From: an uncultured Nitrososphaerales archaeon
Lineage (GTDB): Archaea > Thermoproteota > Nitrososphaeria > Nitrososphaerales > Nitrososphaeraceae
Length of the DNA: 64,000 bases
Direction of reading: 5' to 3'
Assembly: GCA_963841565.1 (NCBI GenBank)
Contig: CAWJCY010000007.1
Location: 1-64,000 of the forward strand
Position numbers and translations under genes: made by a program
Notes under the pieces: generated by a model
The model's input: only the letters and a program-made list of their open reading frames with translations
Databases searched by the model: none
What the model was told of the DNA's origin: nothing
Shown: piece after piece, positions 30,079-39,895 of the stretch
Layout: each line of letters opens with the position of its first letter
Position numbering within the stretch: position 1 is the stretch's first letter

Positions 30079-30585
30079 GTGGCTATGACCTTAACCTTCT
30101 CGGCTCTAATCGAGGATCTTAAATCAAATATTGACTACAATCGGAAGGCCTTGGAGAATTCTTTAAAGGTTAACCCCGCAATTGCTTATCAGAAAGTTAA
30201 CGAGATAACTCAATTTGTCGGGTCTAGGTACCGTTTAAAGTTGCAGATACACTTCCCAGACCAAAGGAGATTGTTTGTAATTGATTCTTATGGCACTGAG
30301 AACCTAGGGATCGTATTCGACAAGCATAGAAAACAGTTTCCGATTCAACGTGAGACTATAAAGAAAAAAGCACTCGAAATCTTTGCTCCATCCAAAGCTG
30401 AAGATGCATATATGTACGAAGGTAAGGAAGGTGTGCGGGTAACCATCGCGGCGGGTAGGTTGGAAATTCTGCCAGGATCTATTCACCTGTGGTGTAACGT
30501 TGAGACGGATGATGTAAAGGAATATGTGGACTGGTTATTTGAAAATGTGTATAGTTTTGACAAGAGTGAGTCGATAACAGCCTAG
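30079..30585 (+). CDS. Conserved Nitrososphaerota hypothetical protein
   Basis: 168 aa; DAYMYEGKEG and EILPGSIHLWC motifs. Confidence 0.7.
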   Translation: MAMTLTFSALIEDLKSNIDYNRKALENSLKVNPAIAYQKVNEITQFVGSRYRLKLQIHFPDQRRLFVIDSYGTENLGIVFDKHRKQFPIQRETIKKKALEIFAPSKAEDAYMYEGKEGVRVTIAAGRLEILPGSIHLWCNVETDDVKEYVDWLFENVYSFDKSESITA

Positions 30586-30632
30586 GGGTTAATAGATTCA
30601 AAAGAATATCATGGCTGTGTTAAAGCCTACTA

Positions 30633-31328
30633 TCATCTATTGTATCCTTGCATCTCAAATGTGTATCTAGTGCTGCTACCAGAATCGCCTACGTCGGCCT
30701 TAATAGGCAGTGGAAATCCATGTGCAATCCAAATTTTGCTCACCTTTGATGGAAGGTCATACTGCAATACGTAAGAATCAACTGTTGTTCCATTGACCGT
30801 GAGCGAGTCTTTTTTCGTTATCCTAATCGGTGCGGTGAGGGCGCCTGAAACCACTTCGTCCCAAACAGCTCCTGGAACCAAATATTTAGGTTCTAACGCG
30901 TAATTACGAATATCAAGCAATGAAGATTCTATAATCCTGTAAACATCAGCTAGGCTTCCCTCTGGCATCTGCTTATTAGTTAAATACTCCTTTGATAGAA
31001 GAATACTCCCGGCAAAATGACGAGAATCGTTCCTTATGTTAAAGTTTGCCTTCCAAGAATCATTTCCATCTTGGATAAAATGCATGGTGACAATTGAATC
31101 GACTAAGGACAGTCCTGAAGGACTTGATGCAGTCAATCTATAGTTTATCTGTGTATTATTTTGCAATCCTTCCCCCACAATCCACAAATCCTTCGAAGAG
31201 GGTGGACTCAAGAATGAAGGCGCAGGACCTGAAAAGCCGCCTCCAGCGGCCACTATCACTAAACTAACAACAATCCCTAATGTTCCAAAGATGGCAGTGA
31301 GTAAGATAACTCGTCGTATTGGAGACAT
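30633..31328 (-). CDS. Membrane-anchored hypothetical protein, paralog of the upstream secreted protein
   Basis: N-terminal TM; WIVGEG..INY and SKIWIAHGFPLPIKA parallel WYVGKG..YTY and NHIWVAPNMPFPVKA. Confidence 0.7.
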   Translation of the reverse strand: MSPIRRVILLTAIFGTLGIVVSLVIVAAGGGFSGPAPSFLSPPSSKDLWIVGEGLQNNTQINYRLTASSPSGLSLVDSIVTMHFIQDGNDSWKANFNIRNDSRHFAGSILLSKEYLTNKQMPEGSLADVYRIIESSLLDIRNYALEPKYLVPGAVWDEVVSGALTAPIRITKKDSLTVNGTTVDSYVLQYDLPSKVSKIWIAHGFPLPIKADVGDSGSSTRYTFEMQGYNR

Positions 31329-31410
31329 TATCTATCCCTTTCCAAATTCGTTTGTTCTTAAAATTAAAGAATTAAAAAAAGATTGTGGAGACGGAATTAT
31401 AATTCCCTCA

Positions 31411-32497
31411 TTAGGTTGCTATTACACTGAAAGTAGCGCTTTCCACAAATTCTCCTGTAGGCACTCCCTCTACAGCATTTATTGTTACTTTGATGTCGTA
31501 GGGCCCAGGAGCAGGAAACGTATAAGGTACCAACCCAGTACCTTCATCTGCTCTTTGTCTATCCAATTCGTCTACGACTGTTCCATTCTTGGCAGTTATT
31601 TCGAGATCGTACGAGACTCCGCTAATGGTCTTTCCGAAGCTATCGCTGAAAATTAAGCCTAGCTTTGTCTCATTTCCTGCAACAATTGGATCTGGTTCCC
31701 ATATCAGCTTGATACTGTACGTAGCCCTACCGGTTTGCAATACAAGTCCTGATTTCGGGGTTTCCTCTACTGCTTTGGGAGCAGTAGGGCACGCACCAGT
31801 ACCAGTAGATTGGAGTTCAAACTGATATTGTACTGGTGCGTTTCCTTGAGTGACTGCGAGCAAAGGTCTGTGCTTTAACAGGAAATGGCATATTAGGAGC
31901 AACCCAGATATGGTTTGTAGGCCCATACGTCCAAGAAACATCAACTGTGTTGAATGTCCCTGCTGGTGTGGTAACCTTTGCTGCCCCACCCGGAGATATG
32001 GCAGAGCCACCTATCGCGGCTATTTTACCCCAATTGGGAGCACTCAGAGATTGCCCAGGCTTTGGAACATAGGAGGCTAGCCAGGCCAGCGAGTTAGAGT
32101 ATGCGACTCTATATTTGACCAGATCAGGAGAAACAACAGATGAACCTAACGCGGTCATGTCCAAATCACTTAGGTGGAAAGTACCGTTGTATACTTGTCC
32201 CTGATCGACAACAAATACTGGAGCGTTCCAATATTTGTTAGCCTCATCAAAGTCCTTCAAGCAGATCGTCATCAGAAATGGCCTGCCTTGATTAGTGTCA
32301 AAATTCTGAACCTGATACGTATAATAAGTGTCTGGCTTTGCACCCTTTCCCACATACCAATTATCGCCCTGGGCAGAAGCGTGGCTGGGGTCTATTGCAT
32401 TGAATAAGAAAATGCTTGTTCCCATAATAGTAACAAGGAAACATACTTCGAGGTGGGCTCGGAAGATCCTTGAGGTCTTGGCTAAGTAGCTTTTCAT
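31411..32497 (-). CDS. Secreted beta-rich protein with C-terminal Ig-like domain (+1 frameshift near 31860)
   Basis: Signal peptide ..ASAQ; VTTPAGTF motif; corrected frame ..QTFA/AVTQGNAPVQYQFEL..YTFPAPGPYDIKV. Confidence 0.7.
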
Positions 32498-32610
32498 TAA
32501 CTGATATGTTCAAAAAGGAACTGATAAATGTTTCAATAGCAACCCCCATGCCTCAAGTACCGAGTCAACAGATAACATAAATATGACCGGTGTTCGCTCA
32601 CTAATGACGT

Positions 32611-32766
32611 ATGTGTAACTGCCCCAATATCCAATTCTATGAGGTGGAGTTCAAGCTATGGGGAATGCAAGTGGTGCCAACACACAAGAATTGTGGAGAC
32701 CCGCTCACAGATGAACAAGCAACTAAATTCAATAAAGAACTAACTAAATTATGGAATATGGAATAA
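32611..32766 (+). CDS. Small Cys/His protein (51 aa)
   Basis: Manual translation MCNCPNIQFYEVEFKLWGMQVVPTHKNCGDPLTDEQATKFNKELTKLWNME*: CxC...HxxC. Confidence 0.75.
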   Translation: MCNCPNIQFYEVEFKLWGMQVVPTHKNCGDPLTDEQATKFNKELTKLWNME

Positions 32767-33059
32767 TTCAAGTTATCTCTTTTCCTCCTACGCATATTTT
32801 TTGAGGCTCCTTAATGCGTATCTGTTCCTTCTTTGGTGACGGTAAATACCTAGACGTTGTATTGGGACCAATTCTTACTTTTGCAATTTCACCCTATCAG
32901 AATCTTACTATCTTGTCAATGATTTCGGCGTCATGACCAAATCCACATCAACAAAATTGAAAATTTAAAGAGATTGACATGAATCAACGTCATACAGGTC
33001 GAAAAACCATACGTCAACTTTATTAAGAGCCGGAATGAATTTGGTTTAGGTGATTTTGA

Positions 33060-33314
33060 ATGACCAAGATGCTAACCGTAAACATAGAAACAGGTGGCGT
33101 TAATGAAAACGAAGCCAAGGAATGGGTTAACGAACTTACAAATGTATATGCGGATATGGAAATTGAGGATGTCAATGTCTCGGGTAACAAGATCTCATTT
33201 AAGGCTGGCTTTTCGGGAATGGATGATATCGACCCAGACGATGTTAAGATGAAAATCGACGAGTACCTCACAATGAATGAAGCATTCGAAGCCAAGAGCG
33301 TTTCAATCAATTAA
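33060..33314 (+). CDS. Conserved acidic Nitrososphaerota protein
   Basis: 84 aa EWVNELTNVYADMEI..ISFKAGFSGMDD; T-rich terminator after stop. Confidence 0.8.
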   Translation: MTKMLTVNIETGGVNENEAKEWVNELTNVYADMEIEDVNVSGNKISFKAGFSGMDDIDPDDVKMKIDEYLTMNEAFEAKSVSIN

Positions 33315-33432
33315 GGCACACATCATTTCCGATTATCTCCTTTTTATTTGTCAGATTGTTGTAATTATTAGATCATCAAAAATAGTTACCCAAGTTTAAA
33401 TACTAGGACAAGACCCTCATATAGGTCAAACG

Positions 33433-33672
33433 ATGACGTGTAAAGGTATCTGTATTAGGCATAGGGCACAAAAGCCTGTCGGTTCAGGTCGGTACGTTAG
33501 TGGCCAAAGACGTTGCCAGATTTGTGAAATTTTCATCAGGTGGGAAGGATTATGGTGTCCCTGTTGTGGATATAGACTAAGAACTAAGCCAAGAAATCTC
33601 AAATACAAGGCAAAATTGCGCGCCAGAAGTAAGAGAGTTGAAATCACTCAACCGGCAATAACGGTTCGGTGA
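33433..33672 (+). CDS. Basic zinc-ribbon protein of a Nitrososphaerota family
   Basis: MTCKGIC..RY..GQRRCQICEIFI..CPCCGYRLRTKPR. Confidence 0.85.
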   Translation: MTCKGICIRHRAQKPVGSGRYVSGQRRCQICEIFIRWEGLWCPCCGYRLRTKPRNLKYKAKLRARSKRVEITQPAITVR

Positions 33673-34566
33673 GACCTAAGCAGCCTTTTGGCGGCCGCAG
33701 TGAGCTGTGAATTCCATCTTTGGATATGCTCAATGTCCATACTAAGATCCATTCCTAACTGTACGAGCTTTCCGTATGTATGCCAGAAAGTACTGTCCAG
33801 CGAATTGAGAATGTCTGAACAAATCTTCCCTATATAGTAATAACAGTCTGCCGTCATCCCGGATTCGTAAAGAAACTTAATTTTGGCTTCAATTAAGGAT
33901 CTATCGTACCTATTCGCGGCGAGTCGAGAATATGAAGGAATTGATCGTCTTAGTACCTGACGCTGTCACTCTCTCTACCCCGATAATTTCTAGAGCCAAT
34001 GAAATGATCTCAGATTCGAACTGATTTGGCTCCAGAACCCTTCTGATTAACTCTAACTGATGCAACGGAGAGCCGGGTAACCCAGAAAAAAAGACAAGAC
34101 TTTGCATAATTTCATAGGCGGAAATCTTAAGTAGCATCGACGAGATAATGGGAGATTTCTGTGACAGACTCTCAATTTCGTTGTATCTCATTAAAGAAGA
34201 TACGAGTAGCTTTCTAGCAATCGCTGAACTGCTACTTCTTCTTAGTCTTGTATTATTCATGACAGCATTAACTATTGAAGATAGCTCAAGGTCATCAGTA
34301 TCATTTAGCACAATTCCATCAACGCTATTTGGTATTGATTTCAGTACCTTAGGTCTCAAAGGAACGTAGAGTAGCTCCGCCCAGTACGAATCGAGTTTCA
34401 TAACCTTATGAGGTTGAATACCATTCGATAAGACCAGAATATCATATTCACAACAGGGCTTTGACATCGCTATGCCGATAGTTCTACAACCGACGAGCAA
34501 GGCCGGCGACCTTAGGGTCTCGATAACAAAAGTAGAGATGGCTGGTGGAATGTGAATGCCTTCCAA
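33648..34566 (-). CDS. Nucleotidyltransferase-fold-like hypothetical protein (+1 frameshift near 33955)
   Basis: LVGCR...CCEYDILV; corrected frame ..AS/VLRRSIPSYSRL..EAKIKFLYESGMTADCYYYIG. Confidence 0.6.
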
Positions 34567-34714
34567 TAAATCAAGTTCATCTGGGGACTACCAAATATAA
34601 TGCAACCCATATGCGGCCAGTCATCCGAACCAATTTCAGCGCGGCATATCCGGGGGATGTACTATGATATTTTGGACGCAATTTTTATATGATGAATAGG
34701 ATGCAATGTGTTGA

Positions 34715-34821
34715 GCTCCGGTGGTGTAGTCCGGTTAAGCATTTCGCCCTCTCAAGGCGGAGATCCCGGGTTCAATCGGATTGCGGCAACAGCCGCAACG
34801 GAACAAATCCCGGCCGGAGCA
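34715..34821 (+). tRNA. tRNA-Glu(CTC) with 31-nt non-canonical T-loop intron (34776-34806, position 58/59)
   Basis: GCTCCGG..CCGGAGCA; TCGCC-CT-CTC-AA-GGCGG; BHB with GTTC/GAAC central helix; intron hairpin TTGCGGC/GCCGCAA; TATA at 34682-34690. Confidence 0.93.
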
Positions 34822-34842
34822 TTAAATATGAATGTCTCTTCA

Positions 34843-34926
34843 GGATTCAGTAGTCCGGTCATTCTCTTCATCTTTTCTGGCTGACTTGCCAGAATAATAG
34901 GGGGACTATCTTACTCTTCATCATCC
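34843..34926 (-). ncRNA. Candidate box C/D sRNA with D guide antisense to tRNA D-loop
   Basis: Minus strand GG-ATGATGA...hairpin TTCTGGC/GCCAGAA...AAGATGA-AGAGAA-TGACCGGACTA-CTGA-ATCC. Confidence 0.5.
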
Positions 34927-35013
34927 GGTACAGATTAGCTGAATTAAAAAATAAAAGTTATTCGCTTATAAATATTATAGGCGAAATAAACATTATTTTA
35001 AGTTCATCCCATG

Positions 35014-35187
35014 CTATATTTCAAGAATGAAAGTATCGTCGGTTATTAGCGCACTATGGTAGGCAGCATTACATCTTGGACACATTGAGTGCACGCTGAT
35101 GCATTCCGTACAAAAATCGCCAGCCTGCAGGTATTCACAGTCATCACCCGTGTAGAAACAGCTCTCACAGACTCTTTTCAATATCAT
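35014..35187 (-). CDS. Small Cys-rich zinc-binding protein
   Basis: CESC, CTEC, CPRC. Confidence 0.7.
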   Translation of the reverse strand: MILKRVCESCFYTGDDCEYLQAGDFCTECISVHSMCPRCNAAYHSALITDDTFILEI

Positions 35188-35505
35188 TCCGATCACCTCA
35201 AACTCTTATTTAATGGTTCTCGATAGCGACCGCTTTCCGAGCACTGTCTAGAGAACGGATTAGATTTATTCGACGACCTGCTTATGTAGCAATTCTCTAC
35301 ACCAATAAAACGAATCAGATTAATAGATTGGAAGGGAAAAATACAGAGTAAGTGGATTGTCTTTCAGCCCGTATAGAAATGGCTTCCCAATTTTCTGGTT
35401 GATTTAACTAGGACTAATAAGGCTGGCAGAAATACTTAATGCAGTTGCAACTTTCATTGATGACATCAAGAGTGGATCACTAGTCCTCGCAAATAACAAT
35501 TATTT

Positions 35506-35697
35506 TCAATTGCCATTATCACTAATTAGCCTTGTTGCTACCGAATGGCCGCTTCTTATGTGAGTGTTGTGATGTAACCTTGTCAGTTCAGTAACTTTAA
35601 GATCTGAGAAATAATCAGCGTTGTAGCGAGCTAGTATGGTTTTACAATCGTGGCAGAATACTTCTTTGAATCCCATCTCTATGCCATGTACTAACAT
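35506..35697 (-). CDS. Small CxxC/His zinc-binding protein
   Basis: FCHDCKTIL...LHHNTHIRSGH. Confidence 0.7.
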   Translation of the reverse strand: MLVHGIEMGFKEVFCHDCKTILARYNADYFSDLKVTELTRLHHNTHIRSGHSVATRLISDNGN

Positions 35698-35726
35698 AAC
35701 ATTGATTTAAATGATAATTGTTATCC

Positions 35727-36347
35727 CTATTCTAAGCGTTTGAAGGGCCCAGTGCCGATTTCACCTTCTTGACGAAATTTGTTGTCCTTAAGGAGAAACT
35801 TCGAGGCTTTATAGTAGATTACCTCTCCTCTTCTCTCAATAACAGCTAGAACAGAATTCTTTCCCATCTTCGCGGTCTGATCGATCAGATCATAAAGATC
35901 TTCTATCTTTAAATTAATCCCTTCGTTTAGTGCATATACCAAATATTTTGAAGGTTTTTTCTGATATTCTCCCCTTTCATATACTCTAAAGTCAATGCCA
36001 AATCCAAATCCATCCTTCACAACATAACCTCGACTCCTCAAGTCGCGGTACACTAAAAATCTTGTAAGTACACTAGGATCATTTCTTAACATTTCCTTGA
36101 TTAGCTGTTCAAATCCAATGCTGATGTCTTCAATGTTTTTTACAACTAATCTATTCGTAAATGCCAAGTATAGAGCCTCGCAATAGCTAAGAGTGTATTC
36201 CGAGTCTTCATTTTCGCCGAACCCTTTTGATCTGAGCTGGTCTTGGAATTTTGTTTCAGTTACTAATATCTTTGTCTCCCCAGCTGGTATAATTGCCTCA
36301 ATTAAATATGATATATCGAGGTCTGAACCCTCAATATCGGCTGACAT
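35727..36347 (-). CDS. endA: tRNA splicing endonuclease, catalytic-type subunit
   Basis: LSYCEALYL, FLVYRDLRSRGYVVKDGFGFGIDFRVYERG. Confidence 0.9.
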   Translation of the reverse strand: MSADIEGSDLDISYLIEAIIPAGETKILVTETKFQDQLRSKGFGENEDSEYTLSYCEALYLAFTNRLVVKNIEDISIGFEQLIKEMLRNDPSVLTRFLVYRDLRSRGYVVKDGFGFGIDFRVYERGEYQKKPSKYLVYALNEGINLKIEDLYDLIDQTAKMGKNSVLAVIERRGEVIYYKASKFLLKDNKFRQEGEIGTGPFKRLE

Positions 36348-36401
36348 AACGAATAAATCGGAGCCAGTCCACATTTAAGCATTAAAAAATAGGTGATTTT
36401 G

Positions 36402-36920
36402 TTGAAGGGTAGTAATTATAGAGAAATCCGTGGTATGCCATACGTAAGAAAGGAATACATCAGAGGCAAGCCTCAACTGAAGATTGCTAGATTCTCGTCA
36501 GGAGAATTTAGGGACGATTATGATTACAAGATTGAGCTCGTGGTAGACGAAAGGCGCCAGATCAGGCATAACGCATTGGAGGCAGCTAGACTTGGTGCTA
36601 ACAAGACGTTGGCATCTGCAGGTGAGACGAGTTTCTTTTCAAGTATAAAGGTATATCCTCACGTAGTTCTGCGTGAAAATAAGATGATTGCAACGGCAGG
36701 GGCTGATCGATTACAGGAGGGAATGAGAAGAGCCTTCGGCAAAGCAACAGGTCTAGCTGCTCGGGTCAAACCCGGAGACACTGTTTACGAGGCGTACGTT
36801 AGCGCAGAAAACCTCCAACTTGCTAAGCAGGCCTTAAGGATAGCTGCAGGAAAGCTTGGATGTCTAACTGTAACGAAATTGACCCAACTTCGTCAAAGCG
36901 AACCAGAGGAAGAAGAGTAG
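36402..36920 (+). CDS. rpl10e: 50S ribosomal protein uL16 (L10e)
   Basis: QIRHNALEAAR, YPHVVLRENKMIATAGADRLQEGMRRAFGK; SD AGGTGA before TTG. Confidence 0.96.
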   Translation: MKGSNYREIRGMPYVRKEYIRGKPQLKIARFSSGEFRDDYDYKIELVVDERRQIRHNALEAARLGANKTLASAGETSFFSSIKVYPHVVLRENKMIATAGADRLQEGMRRAFGKATGLAARVKPGDTVYEAYVSAENLQLAKQALRIAAGKLGCLTVTKLTQLRQSEPEEEE

Positions 36921-37152
36921 AAATCGACCTCCAAATTGAAATATTCAGCGTCGGCTTTTTGGAGTGCTGTCTAAAGGACATTTACCTCGCAGAGGGGCTG
37001 TGAAACTCTTCTAACCGACTCCATTTATCGTCACCTGTTTGCAAATGGGTGTTACTCAAAGACTCTCTCAGTTATCTAGAATGGTTGAGCACCGTAGAGC
37101 ATGCATCAGTGATTCGTTGTTGATTTCAGAAGCCCTACCCCTATTTTCAATT

Positions 37153-38820
37153 TTATTTTGGTATCGTTACTTGAATTGCCCGAAGTACAGAGGCATCACT
37201 TGTTTCTGCTCCTAGCATGAGCGTGTAATTTCCTGCTTGCTGTTGTTGCGTTGGCGTTACGATGAGGCTTATTTGCTTGGTTTGTCCTGGTTCTAATCTG
37301 ACGGAATTCTCGCTAAAAAGCCCTGAAAGATTACCCAGATTACCCGTCGTGGTAAAGGATCCTGCTGCTAACATATCTGCTGTCAAAGTAGTATTCCTGT
37401 TCGAAGTAACGTTTATTCTAACTTCCTCATTGCCGCCTCTTTGCAGAGTAAAATTGTTAGGCAAAACAGAAACAGATAGTGGTAAAACTTTGTCCGTCAG
37501 CACCCTGCCAATTTTATTTTCAGACCATTCCGAAAACCACACTTCGTTGTTTTTGTCCACATCCAACTGCAAAGCGTTACTTATTCCGCATTGACTAGCG
37601 GCATCTCGACATGGTCCCCAAAGTTTGTTTTGGGAAGGAATCCAATATTCAATGAGCGTAAGATTGTTGGGGTCAAAGCTAGAGATCTTGTTTCCGGTAT
37701 GTTGGTTAAACCATATTGTGCCGTTTTCGCCTGTTTTAATCCAATATGGCAAAGTATAGGCCGCGTCTAAAGTTGTGCTTTGTCCTAAAGTTCTTGGAGA
37801 CACAGTAGAGGTTGTAAACTTCGTAATGTCTCCTGAAGCAGGATCTAGCCTAAAGAAAATACTAGTCCCATGGTCGGTAACCCACAAATTATCATTGAGG
37901 TCAAGTGTTAATCCTACCGGGGAAGTAATGTCGTCTGGCATTTCGTAAGCAGTAAAGGTATTATTCTTTAAATCATATCCCAATATTTGCCCTTTCGTGT
38001 TGAATGCAAGTAATGAAACAAACAACCTATCATTATCCTCATCCAGAACAACCGATCCAGTACTTACTAGATCGGGATCTATTCCTTTAAATGAGTCAAG
38101 TGGAATTCCTATCCGTTCTATCCCTTCCGCCGTACCGTTTCTCATCTGAGAAATGTTACCAATCCAAATAGATGGAGACCTTATTCCAACAAAGTAAATA
38201 TTGCTACCATTGTTATCTATCTCCATAGAGACCGGATACGTCGTCCCGAACGCCTCAGGTTTCTCTGGTACCGTAAACATTTCAAAGGATCTTGTGTCAT
38301 TTGAAAATCTCCAAATCGCATTAAGTCTTTCATCAGTAAACCAGATATTCCCTTTGTTGTCAATGTCAAGATCCCAAACCTGTGAGGACATTGTGGGATT
38401 CCCCCTGGCAGGCCAGCTCGGGATTTTATACTCTTCTCCAAATGTATTGGTATTCATATCAAACCTTCCCAACGTGCCATTCTTCGTAGAAACGTACCAA
38501 ATATTTTGGTTCTGCGAATCCACACCAATGCCCAAGGGCATCTCACAAGGGGCTGGGAGAAGGTATTCGATAACTAGGTAGCTCGAATTGGGATGCGAAT
38601 TCAACCCACAGAATTGGGCGTTGAACTTTTCTACTGCATCGGCCCTAGACCCTGAAACGAGCTCGGATACATCTTCGTTACCCTCTTGGGATGGACCTGA
38701 ACTAATACTGGAGGAATATACTAATGAAATGCCTACAATTGCGATAATGGCTAGAACAACGAAAACGACCATTTTCTTTTTTTGAAAATGTTTCGACTTG
38801 TTCCCTCTTTTTTCTGACAA
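37153..38820 (-). CDS. Membrane-anchored Vgb (virginiamycin B lyase)-like beta-propeller protein with C-terminal Ig-like domain
   Basis: N-terminal TM; repeats GNIWFTD, NLWVTD, TIWFNQH, EVWFSE; many N-x-S/T sequons. Confidence 0.8.
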   Translation of the reverse strand: MSEKRGNKSKHFQKKKMVVFVVLAIIAIVGISLVYSSSISSGPSQEGNEDVSELVSGSRADAVEKFNAQFCGLNSHPNSSYLVIEYLLPAPCEMPLGIGVDSQNQNIWYVSTKNGTLGRFDMNTNTFGEEYKIPSWPARGNPTMSSQVWDLDIDNKGNIWFTDERLNAIWRFSNDTRSFEMFTVPEKPEAFGTTYPVSMEIDNNGSNIYFVGIRSPSIWIGNISQMRNGTAEGIERIGIPLDSFKGIDPDLVSTGSVVLDEDNDRLFVSLLAFNTKGQILGYDLKNNTFTAYEMPDDITSPVGLTLDLNDNLWVTDHGTSIFFRLDPASGDITKFTTSTVSPRTLGQSTTLDAAYTLPYWIKTGENGTIWFNQHTGNKISSFDPNNLTLIEYWIPSQNKLWGPCRDAASQCGISNALQLDVDKNNEVWFSEWSENKIGRVLTDKVLPLSVSVLPNNFTLQRGGNEEVRINVTSNRNTTLTADMLAAGSFTTTGNLGNLSGLFSENSVRLEPGQTKQISLIVTPTQQQQAGNYTLMLGAETSDASVLRAIQVTIPK

Positions 38821-38831
38821 TTACTCTTGAA

Positions 38832-38846
38832 AAGCAACTTTTGCTT
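38832..38846. promoter_or_regulatory. Dyad AAGCAA-ctt-TTGCTT between the TATA box and start of the Vgb-like gene
   Basis: 6-3-6 inverted repeat abutting TTATATATAA; extra AAGTTGCTT half-site at 38872-38880. Confidence 0.35.
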
Positions 38847-39291
38847 ATATATAAATTCTTAAGAGCTGATGAAGTTGCTTATAATCTTGAGTGATTAGAC
38901 AGTCTGCATCAGCTGTCGTCCCCTACCAAACCAAACTAAAATTGAAGCCCAATACTCATTTTCTATAACGCGAATCAATCCTAAAACGACGTTGACTTGC
39001 GTTCAATGGGATTTAGTCCATATGCTCGATTCCAGCTGAATGGAAGTTCCACAAAAAATTCCAGTCGCTCACTTAATGATACTATTGATTGTTAATTAGT
39101 CGAATTAATTAGTGATCAAGACTGTCTATTGAATGAACAACTAATTACTTTGATCACTTCAAGGAAGATTAGAGTCAAGATTTGACTTCGTATAGTGATG
39201 ATAAGGAGACGCTCAGTTAGATCTGCGTAACATGGAACAGCTGGAAACGCACTAATAACAGGTCGCACCACATTCCTCCTGTAATCGTGAA

Positions 39292-39858
39292 ATGCCTAAA
39301 CGGAAGGTGAAGGAGGAGAAACCCAGGAAAAGACTAGGTAAAAAAGAAATACTGATACCGCCGGCGGCCATGGGGGCGTCTCTGCTTGTGACCTTGGTAA
39401 TAATTCCTCTTTTCGCACCCCCTCCGAGTCCTTTAGAGGTGTGTCTAAAAGGGCATAACGTAGATACGTTCAGTATTCATCCCACCGTAGAAGTATCAGT
39501 TAACGGTGAACCAAAATCACTTCCTGCTGGGATCGGCAATGATACCGTAGATGGTAAGGAATGTCTCAGAACCATCCATACTGACACTCAAGGCAATACG
39601 ATTCACATTGAGTATGTCAGACCTATTCGGCTTACACTGGGTGATTTTATGAAAATCTATTCTCCAGATAATTCGACCATTCAAATTATGGATAATTCGA
39701 CAGGGTCACTCGCTGAACACCGTCTTAATCTCAGTGATTATGACATTTCTTATTCGTACTATTCAGAAAAGAAGGAATTTACAAATGTGAAGAATGCTAG
39801 TGACGTGCCGCCGTTTAGAGACAACATGGTAAGCCGCATCGAACTTAATTCAAAATAA
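39292..39858 (+). CDS. Membrane-anchored hypothetical protein
   Basis: Basic N-terminus, TM helix, PAGIG..CLRTIHTD..G.IHIE..LTLGDF motif. Confidence 0.75.
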   Translation: MPKRKVKEEKPRKRLGKKEILIPPAAMGASLLVTLVIIPLFAPPPSPLEVCLKGHNVDTFSIHPTVEVSVNGEPKSLPAGIGNDTVDGKECLRTIHTDTQGNTIHIEYVRPIRLTLGDFMKIYSPDNSTIQIMDNSTGSLAEHRLNLSDYDISYSYYSEKKEFTNVKNASDVPPFRDNMVSRIELNSK

Positions 39859-39895
39859 ATATAATACTGGAACAATTCTTTCTGATCTGATTATT

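Noticed and set aside
38864-38914. CTGATGA-containing hairpin as hammerhead ribozyme or C/D RNA
   Set aside because: No GAAA core with stems, and no CTGA D box at suitable spacing
39061-39200. AT-rich region with AGTGATCAA/TTGATCACT inverted repeat as replication origin
   Set aside because: No ORB consensus or G-string and no adjacent cdc6/orc1
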